DNA of 64,000 nt. It comes from Raillietiella orientalis. Lineage: Eukaryota. Numbering within the stretch: the first letter of the stretch is position 1; each line of letters starts with the position of its first letter. Location of the stretch: assembly GCA_036172245.1 (NCBI GenBank), contig JAYWIR010000003.1:3906001-3970000 (forward strand). The letters are read 5' to 3'. The notes under the pieces were generated by a model, which saw only the letters and a program-made list of their open reading frames with translations, had not been told where the DNA came from and did no database searches. The position numbers and the translations under genes were made by a program. Shown here in pieces: positions 36,100 through 47,899 of this stretch.

Positions 36100-38240
36100 A
36101 GGCTCGCGAGGTCCATCCGGAGCACCGCTGAAGCCCGGAATCCGACCTTCAGACTGCAGGTGTCGGCCTCGTGAGCACTCGGTCCACATCTATGCCCCGG
36201 AGCAAACGTCTGCTGCCTGCCTCGCGGTTCTTTCGAAGGATGGAACGAGGCGACCCAGCGGTCGCTTCCGAGCGCGGACGGGCAGGCGTGGCGCGACCGG
36301 ATCGGCGTGGCGAGGGAACCGTGGGTCGCGACCTCGCCAGGAGGTGCGGACCGCAGCAACGAAATTCAACCACTGTAACTGCATTTGCAGAAGACCCTCC
36401 GCTCCGGGCGATCCCGAACATATGCTGACGGACTTCGCCGTGGTGCCTTTCCACGGTCCCCTCTCCGGTAAGATTTTGCCTGTAGCGCGATGGCCAAAAC
36501 TCTCCCGGAAGGAGTAGTCATCTTGACCGCCTTCAGCTCGGACCCAGGCAAGGGAACCCATGCGGTCGGGAAGCTTCTTGAGCCAGGATTGCCGGGGGGT
36601 CTGCGGTCGGAGTGCAGAAAGACCGTGCGTTCTCAGAGAGCTCACACCCATGCTAAGAAGAGGACGGTGCCCGCATCCAGCGCGCAGCCGGAACACCTGC
36701 CAGGATGGGCAACTGCCCGCGCGTTCAGGAGTCCTCTTGAACCGGTGACCCGGGTCGTCTAGGAAGCCTCCCCTAAAGCACCGAGAGCTGATGACCTCTG
36801 GTTCAGATTCTTCCGGGAGCGGATTCGAAAAGAAGCTGAAGGATGTGGAGGTCCAGGGAGGAAGGAGCGGAAGTTGAGCCGCCCACCCTCGCGTGCCAAG
36901 GCACGGCCGCCTGAAGGACTTGTGCCCTCCGAGCCGCGACGGCGGCCTCGGCCTCCTGGCGCTGGAGCGGTTGGAGCTGCAGCTCCAGTTGAGGACTTGA
37001 GCCCTAGTAGCGAAGTAATGGAGCACCTGTTGGTGCGAACCTGCGCGACACCTGGTCCAGCGAGCCAGCGGCTGCGCGGGACTGTCTACCTTCCTGACGC
37101 GCCGCCAGCGTCGGCATCTCTTCCGTTGCGGAGTGGAGCTTTGGCGCGTGGCCAAGCTGACCAGGATGAACACCTGGATCTCCTGCCGGCCCGCGAACGG
37201 CACTGCCTGATTGCCTTCTCACATGGGCCCAGAACAAGGAAGCGTGCCCGGAGCTGCGGCAGCGACTGCTGCACTCCTTTTACAACCGCCGCTCCATGCA
37301 GTACGTGATCGCGCAGCGCCCTTCGCGTGCGTGGGCCGAGAAGACTTCCCTAGCCGCAACTCTGCCCTACCTCAGGGAGCACTTGGGCAGTAGCCAGCCG
37401 GAGAATAGGAGGTCCGATGTAGGATCTCAGGAAGAGAGAGAGAGCAAGGTGGTTGGACCACGGGCCAGCTAACTGACGCTGCAACCCCAAGTGCCCCACC
37501 GAAAGAACTATTGCGCTTGGGCGAGCGACTGAGCATCCCTCTGGAAGAACTCGAGTAATCCCCAGTGCTGAGGAATACCCAGGCCCTCCCTCTGAAGTGG
37601 CAGGAGTCGACGTTTCTGGTGTTGCACTGGAGAATCCCCAGCAGCGCCCGTCGATCTCACTGGACGAAGGGGGCAGTGGACCCGAATTGTGTCAGGTACG
37701 GGGCACAGGAATCCCTCCCTCACCTGCTTCTTGACTGTGTTGCCCTCCGGCCTCTGTGGTTGCATTTTGCAACGGCCCTAGGTGCACCTACGAACGCTCC
37801 CAGAGACTCCCTCTTTGTGAGCGACGCTCTTTCACCTGCTGCAGTCCTAGCAGCCCTTTGCTGCCTACATGGGATTGTGGAGGTCTGGAGCAACGCCACT
37901 GGTGAACAGCACGATAGGGACGCCATCTGCTTCGCCCGGGGTTCCCTGAGGACGGCAGCCGGATGGCCCCATCTGGAACGTATCCAGATGGAACTTGTCG
38001 ACATTCTGGAAAGGATGTAGAGGACGGCCCCCAGCAGAAGTCTCCCTTCCCCTTCCCTCCCTGCTTTTGTAAATAGTGTTTTCTCATTTTGTTTTTGTTT
38101 GTCCCTTCTCTCTCCGCTGCCGAGTCGATCCTCGCTGGCCTGCGTGCCATCACTTGGCAAGTCCCGAGTTTTGGGGGGGACGTTGTAGGGTCTATGGTCC
38201 TCCTACACATGCACGTTTATTCTGGAAATAAATGCCAGCG
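36100..38240 (+). mobile_element. Internally deleted L1/Tx1-like LINE ORF2 with intact C-terminal frame (37565-38020) and 3' UTR, copy D
   Basis: APE motifs VHIYAP (36182-36199) and SHLDR (36516-36530). zf-RVT segment LPLKWQE..HWRIPS..VDPNCVRYGAQESLPHLLLDCVALRPLW. AATAAA at 38227-38232. Confidence 0.8.
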
Positions 38241-40410
38241 GGATGCGGGAGACGGTCGGGACTCCGAGGAAGCTGAAACCCCCTCAGGAAGCACCAGAAA
38301 AGAAGTCCCGTCGTTACCGGGAGCTTGCGCTGGACACCGACTTCCCTTCCTGCGACTCCAATGGGCCGGGGTTTTGCCGGTGGCCTGTGTCTCCAAAGCG
38401 CGATCCCCAGTTCAGAGCAAAACAAAGGTCCGAAAGATGCTGCGTCTCGGCAGACCCACCAGCACTCTCACACCCTCCCGCGAGGAGCATTCGGAGCTCC
38501 CTCTCGAACGTCGTCGTCGTCTGGTCGCGACCACCTTTCCAGGGATCTCGCCCGCTCCCCGAGGGTCTCCTGGACTCTTCCTGAACCCTCCCTCCTCTCC
38601 CCCCCGCTGCCGGTGCAGGGAACCGAGAAGTTGCGGCGTCGTCACGGGAAGTACAGGGGATTTTTCGCTGCCGCTGTTCTCGAGGGTGTGCGTTCCCTCT
38701 CCAGGTCGCCGCGCAGCCGGAGGCTGCGGTATCGCGGGACTTCCGCGCGCCGGGAGGGGATCGCGGGGCGAGTGACGCGGGAACGGACGACCTTCCCGGT
38801 GGGAAGAGGCTTCCCTCGCCTCGTTCCCAAGGTTTTCCCTTTCTTTTCTTCCTCCCCATCCCGTCCCGGCAATCCCGTTGCGACGCAGCGTCGCCGTCGC
38901 TGCCGGCGACGGCGCCCTGCCGTGGCTGGAAGGGGGGAAGCGCCCTCGCGCGCCTTTCTGGCGCTCGCGGAGGTTCGGCGGGTCTGCCTAGCGTCCTGCT
39001 CGCTCGCATCTCCCCTCGCACGCGGGAGGGGAAGGAGGGGGCCATTCGTGGGCGACCTTCGGGGGGTGAGGAAGGTCGACGCGCGCGCTGCCTCGGGGAG
39101 CGACCTCCTCCCTCCGGCCCGTCGTCTCTCGTGTCCGGGGAAGAGGCACGCGCCGTCTGGCGACCAGGAGGGGATCCCAGAAAGGGATGGAGGGGTTACC
39201 TCAGCCCCTCTGCAGAGGACGGATAAGCGGCAGCCGCAATCGAGCTTCGTCCACCAGCAGCAGAGGGTGGAGCCGCTCCTCTCTACCTTTTTCTTTCCGC
39301 CCCCTTCGAAGTGACGCGGTCGCTGCGGAGGAGGTAGCCCACAGAGGGGAAGCCCCCGGCAAGGGGGATCCTCCAGGGCTTCCCGTACGGGACGGGCTCT
39401 GGTGTCCGCCGCTCCGCCCTCTACGTCGAGCGAAGCAGCCGGCAACGCGCAGGGGCGGCGCGTGCTCCTTGGGGCCACCGTCTCTCTCGTTGCTCGGGGC
39501 GGCGCGGCACTCGAGGTTCCTGACCGGAAGAGCCACGGCAAGCGCCGCAGGAACGACCCGCTCTTCCGGCAAGATCCTGAGAGGGATGCAAGCGTCGCTC
39601 GCGCGCTCTCCTTCCCGCCGTTGCTTGGATACTGGCTGAAGAGTCTCCGCCCGAAGGGAAAGGTGGTGGAGAGTGAAATGCAGGAATCGTAGGAAAGAAG
39701 GGAGCGGGGGATAAGGATGAGGAGGAATTGGGGAGGATGTTCAAGTCAGCCGAGGGGATCAGTGTCCATTTCCGGACGGGACGCAATCTTTGAGGGATAG
39801 ACAGGGGGGAAGGGGGTACTCATGTCTTTTTCGCTCGCCCACTTCCCCTAGGCGCAAGAAAGGGAGGATGGACACAGTCTTCTTCCTGTATGGCTGGCGC
39901 CCTCTCCTTCCCCCCTGGCCCCGCCCTTCTCCTTCCCCGAGAGTGCCTTCCTCCCTTCCTCTTCCTTCCCCTCCCCCTGCAGGCGGCGCTCTCCGCAGAG
40001 AGCCAGCAGTTCACGTGCTCGTATTGCTTTCGTCCCTGCCAGCATCCCGCGTGAATGGGAGGGGGTTGAAGGGGGAGGGTCGCTTCTCCGTAAGGCGGGA
40101 TCCCTGCACTCGTCAGCGCAGCACCGGGACGAACGGGGCGGCTGCAGAGCCCAACTGCCTGGCATTTCAGCGCGAGGCACGGGCACCGCCTTGGAACCTC
40201 CATGGGGAGGGCAGGCGGTGGAAACTCTCCGAAAGGGAGGTCAAGAGATCCGATCCGCCGCGCCACGGTTATGCAGGTCCACGTATGGCTCCGTTCCTTG
40301 CAGGCGATCCATGAGCGGCGCTCTAGCAGGGGAGTTCTTCGTCACCTGAGTCTTTCGCCAAACACTAGGAGGAGGAAGGGGGAAGGAGGAGAGGAAGAAG
40401 AGGACAAAGA

Positions 40411-40626
40411 GGAGGAAGAAGGGAGGAAGAAGGGAGGAAGAAGGGAGGAAGAAGGGAGGAAGAAGGGAGGAAGAAGGGAGGAAGAAGGGAGGAAGAAGGG
40501 AGGAAGAAGGGAGGAAGAAGGGAGGAAGAAGGGAGGAAGAAGGGAGGAAGAAGGGAGGAAGAAGGGAGGAAGAAGGGAGGAAGAAGGGAGGAAGAAGGGA
40601 GGAAGAAGGGAGGAAGAAGGGAGGAA
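40411..40626. repeat. Perfect homopurine minisatellite (GGGAGGAAGAA) x ~19.6
   Basis: 18 exact 11-mers at 40421-40618 plus partial units on both sides. Confidence 0.97.
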
Positions 40627-41964
40627 TGGAATGGAATGCAAACGTTAGCGGCTGCAAATTCTCTTTCTGGAGAAGGGAGGAAGGCAGTCGTGAGGGCGGT
40701 GGATCAGGGAGAATGGGTTTGGCACAGGCTGCAGGGGTGAGGAAATCTGTGAGTCTGAGGAGATTGGTGGCAGCAGGCATGGAGAAGGAGGGACGCGACC
40801 AGCACCCCTTTTCCGTTTCCTGCGCACCAGCCAAACGATGCGTCCCCTCCCTCGCCGTGCCCCGGAGCGTGAGCAGCGCTTCCCGCTCGTGCGGTCCCCA
40901 TGTGCCACGTGTGACGCGATTGTGGTGTAAAAGAGGACAAGGGGAGAGGAGAGCAGGGGGAAACCGCCCCATTGTTTACCCCCGAAGGACAGCTCGTGTC
41001 TTCCGGGAAGCGTCGAATGGAAACGACAGATCCTTTCGTCGCTTGCGGCCTCATCCGCGTGTGGGTTCTCAAGAAGAGGGCATGAGAAAGAAGAGGAAGG
41101 GAAGGGGCCTCTGAGGCGGCGGCAACAACAGCGGCAGCAGGGCGAATTCTTCGACGGGATCCCCGTCGCCCGCCGGTGGCTGCCCAGCTCCGACCGTGCG
41201 TTGATTGAATCCTTTATAGGTAGGCCGGGTGATGTATAGGGAGGCAGTCACGTGCCCCGCGAAGGTCCTATTCAGCGGGACACGGCCCTAAATCACGTCG
41301 ACTCTGTTTTGGTCCTTGCGTTTCTGCGTGTTTGTGTGTGTACTCGCCTCTTTTAATGGGGGACTCTGGCTACAACAAACACCTGTAATGGAGGAAGACG
41401 GGCGTTCCGAGCGCCGTGTTTTCCGCACAGCTCCCCGAACAATTGCGTGGCGAGGATCGGGAGGATCATGTGATGCAAGCAGATAATGCTTTTACAACGG
41501 GAAATGAAACTAACGGGAATAAAGGACTGACAGTTAGATTAACTTATAAACAGGGAAGGGCCGAACCTCCTGCTGGCGACTGGTGGAGGCGACCGGCTTT
41601 TGTTCGCTCTGGTCAGACTTCATCCTGAGAACCGGCACCGGCAGGCCGTCGGGAATTGACCGTCGGCCACCGGAAGCCCAGAGAACGTGGTTGCGCAGCG
41701 TGCCGGACTCGCGCTGCCGACACCCGCTGCTTTCGGCACCAACGGCCAGAAGTGACTGCGGGTTCCGTTTTTTTTTTTTTTTTTTTTTTTTTTTAAGGGT
41801 GGGGGGTCTCGAGGAGTAGTGAAGAACCATTCGCTTCCTTAGGGGATTCACCAAGCTCGTTGACCCGTTGACTCGTTGCCCGTTCACCAAGCTGCCCACG
41901 CCACCCAAGGGTGCGTGTGACTTCTCAGGTTATGCGGGGTAACTCCGGAGGGACCATCCTACGA

Positions 41965-42622
41965 ATCCAGGAAAGCTCCGGATGAAGGAGTCCGTTCCTC
42001 TTGCACACTTGGTAGGGGAACCCCGAAAGGAACCTCTTCCTCATTCTCTTCGGGGTGAACTCCCGGAGTGGGTCGTTCCTTCCCCGGAGGGAACCCGGAA
42101 AGGATCCGCTCCTGGAATTTCTTCGCCGGAGGGAACCCGCAGGGGGACCACTCCCTGTTTCCTCCTCATCCGAAGAGGAGTCCGAAGGGACGCTTCTCTA
42201 TTTCTCTGAAGGACCGCTCCCCGAAGGGAGCAGAGAGCTTCTTAACACTCTGGAGAGGCCACCCTCCGAGGGGGGGATCAACAAACTCCGTGGTGCGTGG
42301 TAGAAGGTCCCTGCTAAGGGGGGGAACGGCTCCCTTTTCACAACCGGAGGGAAATCTCGAAAGGCTCTTCGATTCCCAGAAGGACCTCGAAGGGTCAGCT
42401 TACAATCCTGGGCAGTTAACGGGGGCAGCAGAGGATTTCCGAATTCCACCAGTGCTTTCCTCCTCCTCCTCTTCCTCTGTTCCTTCTCCTCTATCTCCCT
42501 TTCTCCTTTTCCTTCTCTACCACTTTTCCTCTTCTTCTTCCTCTTTCTCCTTTCCTCCTCCTCCAGCTCCCTTCCACCAGTACGAATATACCCGAATAGG
42601 CCAACCAGCGTCGTCCTAAGGG
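41965..42622 (+). repeat. Dispersed monomer module (copy 2) + pyrimidine tract + terminal 23-nt motif
   Basis: Colinear with 2425-2875. Followed by a (C/T)-rich tract at 42455-42575 and by GCCAACCAGCGTCGTCCTAAGGG (42600-42622). Confidence 0.8.
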
Positions 42623-43599
42623 CTCCCCCTCTATCCTTCCTTCTCCGGGCGGAATTCGAACCCGAGACTCTTGGCCCCACGCGCACGCGCAAAGGCGGCA
42701 GCCACGCGTCCGCCAAAGCGGACCTCGTGGCTGCGGTCTCCGCGGGTTTCTTCAGGAAGAGGCTCGACCCATGGTGCTCCATTTAAGTCTCTCGCGCGAG
42801 ACACACCCGGGCGCACGCGCCGGAGGCGCCGTGGAAACGCAGGACGTTCGGTTCCTGGGAGGACGGGGGTGGAACATCCGCGTCTCTAACTCCCGCTCCG
42901 TCAAGAACGGGAGCGCGCGCGCGAACCTTGCCGCCGAAGGGAAAAGGCAGAAAGAGGGGACGATGACGACGACGACGAAGTCGCGGGGGAAGGTGTCGGC
43001 TGGGAGGACCCAGTCCTTGCGTGGTGCGGGCGAGTGCGTCCGGCGCTGGCCGGGAGAGAACCGAGCGACGCCCAAGGGCACGCGGATGCCCCGTGGTCTT
43101 CCTGGAGGCCACGGGGGAACCTTGTCGCTCCTCGGAAGCGAAGGGAACAGGATGGGCTTTCCGGGACTGGACCGTGCGAAGCCTCCTCTCCCCTAGCTGT
43201 CAGGGGGAAGTCGAGACGGTGGATCAGGCAGCTCTGTCGTGGTCGGACCGACCGAGCGCGGCTGTTGGGGTGAGGAGGGAGGAGGGCGGTGTTAAGAGAG
43301 CCTCTGGCGTGTGTGTTGATCAACCTCGACCCTGCGCAGTGCGCTATCTCGTGACAAAGCCGTCCCGAAGTTTCCAGAACGCCCCCCGCGCAAAAGGGAG
43401 CGATGGAAAGAAACAGCTGACGGCTCCGCTCGGCGGCACCTTCCGCGTCGCTTCTCAAGGCCGGGGACTGGGGTGGGGGTGAGGACTGTTTCGGGTCGAG
43501 GCATCTGAGAAAGCATCGCGGGCGCGTGCCATCGAGAGCGCAGGCGTTTCTTTCGATCGTCTCAGTTGACCTCTGATCCGAGCAGCGACGGAAGCGAAG

Positions 43600-44100
43600 A
43601 GATCCCCAATTTCTCTCTCAAGGTAGCTTCCCTGAATTGGGTGAACGTTCGGGAGCACCAACGAGCATGCGTGGTCGATCCTTTCCGGCGGTCAGGAAGG
43701 CTGGGGGGGACAGTGCGCGCACTGGCACCCGCCCGCCATCCGATCGCCTTTCTCGACGAATCCGCTCTCCGGAGGATCCCCAGGCGTGGTGGTGGGAGAT
43801 TCCACTCTTGTTCCGGAGCACCTGGTGCGGGGGGGAACACCTGGTCCGAATTCCGGCTCCTCACTTTTCCTCCCGGAGTCGCTTGACCACGCTCCACCCG
43901 ACGGCAGAGCCGGGGCACCCGCCTCGCACGCGGCGGGCAGGGAACCACGCGCGTCGGTGGCACCACCCCTGGCGAACGCCTTCTGCTAGTATACCCGTCA
44001 CGGGCTGGGCCGAGGTCATCCAGCAGATGAAGGCGACGGGCCGACTGAAGCGAACGCGTCCCTCGGGGAGTTTTCTTCTTCGCCGTTTTGGCACTCGCGT
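43600..44100 (+). pseudogene. N-terminus of LINE APE endonuclease
   Basis: LKVASLN (43617-43637), PIAFLDES (I.FLQET-like, ~43740-43763) and a later TGRL. Confidence 0.55.
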
Positions 44101-44339
44101 CGGACGAGGATGATATTCCAGAAGGATCCTGTTTTAGAATTTTCTTCCTTCTCTTTTCTTCTTCTTCCTCCCTTTCCTTTTTTTTTTTTTCCTAAAAAAA
44201 AAAAAAAACCTCGACTAAGTGATCAGCTGATCTACCCGAGATCTGATCGCGCGTCGACTTCCTCGCGCTCCGAGCGTCGGACCGGAAGCTGTGAGGCTTC
44301 CCGGATTTTTTGCTCCCGTTGCCTGGCGCTGACTGGAGT

Positions 44340-44590
44340 GGCTACCTCCAGGTCCGCTTCTCCCCTGAAGAGAACCCCAAAGGGTCGCTCCCGAAGGGAA
44401 CAGCGCACTTCTTGACACTCTGGAGAGGTGTCTATCCACCAGCTTCATGGCACGAGATGGACGGGCTCCATTTCCACAACCGATGGGAGGGGGGAAGGAG
44501 AGAAAACCGACTCCATGATTCCCGGAAGGACCCCGGAGGATCCTCATAGGGGCATCCGGATGGCTGCCGCCGCCACCCCAGGCAGTGCTC
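44340..44590 (+). repeat. Dispersed monomer module (copy 3, partial)
   Basis: cgctcccgaagggaacagc..acactctggagagg..cacaaccg..ggaaggaccccggagg matches copies 1 and 2. Confidence 0.7.
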
Positions 44591-45229
44591 TCTCTTGTGG
44601 GCGAGCCTTTTTTCTTCGAACGCATACCGGCGAGGGGCGTTGGAGCGCTCCGGACGCTAGGCGGGACGTGCGCCTTGAGGAGGGAAGGAAAGGGGGAGAG
44701 AAGGGAGGTGGAGGGAGAGAAAGGAAGGCTCGCCTGGAGCGCGCCCGCGGGAAGGAGACGAAATTCCCGGTTTCCAATAAAACGCGCATTTTGGAAATCC
44801 CGCGCTTATTCGGACTTTCGATTGTAATTGGCGAGCAGCAAATGAACCAGTAAAAGGAAGCCGAATCGCGTTTTCATGGAGGGGATAGTTGTCATGGCAA
44901 CTATCTGCAATACCATAAATCAGAGAGAAACGCTTCCAAGATTTCCTCTATATGTGATCCTCGTAGATAAATGCTATTTATGACCCTTGTTTTCCTGTGG
45001 ATTTATTGTACATCTCTAATGACGTCACGATTAACTGCATCCTGCATCATGGCTCAACATTTATTGCTTTTCATCGCGTTTTTTCCTTCCTCGACGGCTG
45101 CTCCAGCCCACGAGGGTCTGGCGATAGCAAGCCCCTCCTCGAAGAGCCCCGCGTTCTCTCTCCCCGGAGCACGATCGAAGCGCATCCATCAACCCGAGCC
45201 GGGATCAGACTCGCTCGCAGGCGACCGCC

Positions 45230-45790
45230 TTCTCCAGGAAGTTCGGGGTTCCGGGGAGCGCGCGAGCGCCGCCAACGTCCGCTCTCTTTTCCTGCGGGGC
45301 TCCGGTCGGTCCACGCTTCCCGCACCGGGCTAGCGCCCGCCCTTTGGACGGAACTGCCTCCGCGACTGGACCTTCCTTTCCCTCCAGGACAGGTGACCAT
45401 CCGAAGGACAGCGACACGGTGAGAGCAAGTGCTACCTTCTCGACGCGCACCCCCTTCCGGAAGGGTAGCGCTCGGGGATCTCGTTCTCGCGGCGGCCCCA
45501 TCCTCGAGCACTGCTTGCTCCAACGCAGAAACAGCCCTTCCACTTTGCCGGAAACCACCGAGGCGTTCCAGCGCGCGAGAGGGACCACTGGTTTGTCGGA
45601 TTGGGGGGTGGGTGCACCCAACAGCTGGTTCCACCCGCGCAGTCCCTTCGGCAGTCTTCCCTCCCTCTTTCCCTTCTTCCCCCCCCCCCCGTTCCGGGAG
45701 GCAGGACCGTGGGCGTCTGTTCCAGGAGAGAGCGCCGCGGCCGGGCACAGCAGCAGCTCTCTTGGTCGCCGGCGCCAGCGCCTCCTCCGT
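45230..45790 (-). pseudogene. LINE ORF1 (RRM-like + zinc knuckle) remnant; paralogous to 47250-47700
   Basis: Direct DNA homology with 47400-47610 (caacgcagaaacagccc, gaggcgttccagc, gaccactggtt, aacagctgg). Minus-strand SD.PV..GKVE and RCGKRG remnants. Confidence 0.5.
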
Positions 45791-46589
45791 GATCGTCATG
45801 CACGCCCATCTGGCAGCACGGAGAGCTGGCTAATCTCGTCTCTATAGGGACTCTCCTTTGAGCTTTCCCCCGATCCGAGGTGTCAACGCCGCTAAGCAAT
45901 CACCAGAAGAAAAATTATCTCGTCGAAGCGGCCATTAAACAAATCAGATGGAAGATAAATTCGCTCTTCTGACAGAATCGCAACTTCATTAATTTAGCGG
46001 AAGCACAGAGCCTCGCCAGGGCAGGTGGCGCTGCATTGAAATTAATCGGTCACATGAGGGAAAGGGTTCAGATGATTGGGAGAATCAAAAAAACACACAA
46101 AAAAAAAAACAAAACAAAAAAAATAAAGCAGGGCGAAGCGGAAGGTCCGGAGGATGAAAGGACGGTGCTCTGGCTCTGGCCGCTTCCTCCTGACCCCCGC
46201 TGAAAGGCAGGATGGATTGCCGGCGGTGGGCCGCCAGCTCAGGGCAAAGAGCCGCGCGTCCTTGATAAAATATTCAGCTGCTCAGAGAGGAAGGTTGCAG
46301 GTTCCTTCCGGAGGGAGGGAGGAAGAAGAGGGGGGTGGGGGAGAGGGGAAAAAAGGAGCGCGGGCAGCTGCTCTGCCGGCTTCCGCGGGGTTCCGAACCC
46401 GCGCATGAGTTCGGGGCGAGGGTTCCCGCGCCTTCCTCGTTTCCCGCTTCCCTTCCGCTGGGATGCTTCGGTCCGGCAGGAGTGCGAAGATTTTCTTTCC
46501 GTGCGCTTGAAGTCCAGCGTTGGGGTTCAAATCGCATCCGGGTAAGAGGGATCGACCCCCCGAGAAATGGGGGGGTATTTACTGCCTCC

Positions 46590-46815
46590 TCCCCCCTTTC
46601 CGCAGGATGACACTGACCGGCCCATGGGCTTTGACTGCTGCACCGGTGGAAGCTATGTGCCCCCGGGGTTCATTCCAGCCGGTTCCTTTCGGGGGATCCT
46701 CTGTCGCGTTCCATGGAGCCGCTGGTTGATGCCTCTCTCGGGGGGTTGTCCCTCCAAAGCGCCACAGAAGCTCTCTGCTGCTCCCTTTCAGGGAGCGACC
46801 CTTCAGAGATTTCTC
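46590..46815 (-). repeat. Dispersed monomer module (copy 4, minus strand)
   Basis: The reverse complement reads tctctgaagggtcgctccctgaaagggagcagcagagagctt..ggagggacaaccccccgagagaggcatcaaccagc, matching copies 1 and 2. Confidence 0.75.
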
Positions 46816-46819
46816 GCTC

Positions 46820-47170
46820 TAGGCGTTTATTTCATAGAAGAAAGAAAACCCGTCGGGACCTGCGAGTTCCCGATCGAAGACAAAAGTTCGATAGGAGAGT
46901 TCGCCGACACGCAGGCAGGAACATCTACAAGTTGGGAACGGAAGGGAGGGGACAGGAAATGAATAGCAGAATGGGGAGGGCAGGACACGGGTCTTTGGTC
47001 ATTCCCGTTACTTCCAGGAAAGACAAAAAAAAACGGGAAAGTCCGTAAAGGGGACAATAAATAAATAAGGGGTGGGTGAGTGGGGACAGGAGTTACCGGC
47101 GTCGGCCGTTCCTCCCTTTTAGAGCCGGTGCTGGATGCTGGCGATCTCCGTCTCGATTTCCTCTTTTAGA
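46820..47170 (-). mobile_element. L1/Tx1-like LINE 3' end, copy E (minus strand)
   Basis: The reverse complement gagatcgccagcatccagcaccggctctaaaagggaggaacggccgacgcc..cctgtcccc aligns with 580-650 of copy A. Hairpin at 46853-46873 and AATAAA at 46826-46831 (minus). Confidence 0.75.
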
Positions 47171-47249
47171 TGAGGTCACCTCGCAGCCTTCCTCATGTGG
47201 GTAGACCTCCCTCCGCTGCCCTCCCTTCTCCGAGACATAGAGGGTCGTA

Positions 47250-47700
47250 ACGATGACGCCAAAGCCACACGTTCGATGCCGGATCGCTGCGCCGACCCAG
47301 AGTCAGCTGCGCGCGAAGAACCGCCGCAGCAGGTCACGGGTGGAGGCCTTTTGTCTCCGGAGCGCCGCGGTTCGTGGAGGGCGCCGCAGTCCGATAGCAG
47401 GTGCGGGGGTCGATTTCGCCGAGGCGGTCCCCCTCAAGAGAAGCGCCAGCGCTGGTTGCACCAACGCAGAAACAGCCCCTCGTGCTTCCACTTTGTCGGA
47501 AAGCAACGAGGCGTTCCAGCAAGAGGGAGAGACCACTGGTTCGTCGGATGAAGGGGAATAACGCACCAAACAGCTGGCTCCACCCACGCAGTCCCTTCTC
47601 CACGGTTCGCCAACTCGCGCGTCTTCTAGCCGCCGAGGAGTCGTCTTTCCTGCAGTGGCGCAAGAGAGCTCCTGGAGGCAGGCAACTACCCTGTAGTCGT
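47250..47700 (-). pseudogene. LINE ORF1 remnant, paralog of 45230-45790
   Basis: DNA homology as above. Minus strand PSSDEPVV..DKVE and RTCG. Confidence 0.5.
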
Positions 47701-47899
47701 TTGTTGTTTGTCCTGAGGACAAACAGCGCTGAGGCAAGAGGTGCAAAGACCAGGATCCTCAACTTTCTCGGGTCTTGCAGCACCTCTCTCGAAAGATGGC
47801 TGTGGAGGAGTCTCAGGGGACGAAGTTCCACCGGGCTCATCCCTTGGAACGGGAACCAGGACACGACTGCCTCCTTTCAGTAAGCACTCGAGTTCAGTG

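Noticed and set aside
40202..40972. Repetitive-protein ORFs (EEEGRKKGGRR / LPPFFLPSSS)
   Set aside because: Translation of the 11-bp minisatellite.
42640..42720. tRNA/SINE head (GGGTTCGAATTCC, minus strand); similar hits at ~3785-3800 and ~46522-46535
   Set aside because: Only the B-box motif is present. Acceptor, D and anticodon stems could not be built.
44175..44208. T-run/A-run hairpin as a terminator
   Set aside because: Mononucleotide runs are abundant throughout the window, and there is no prokaryotic context.
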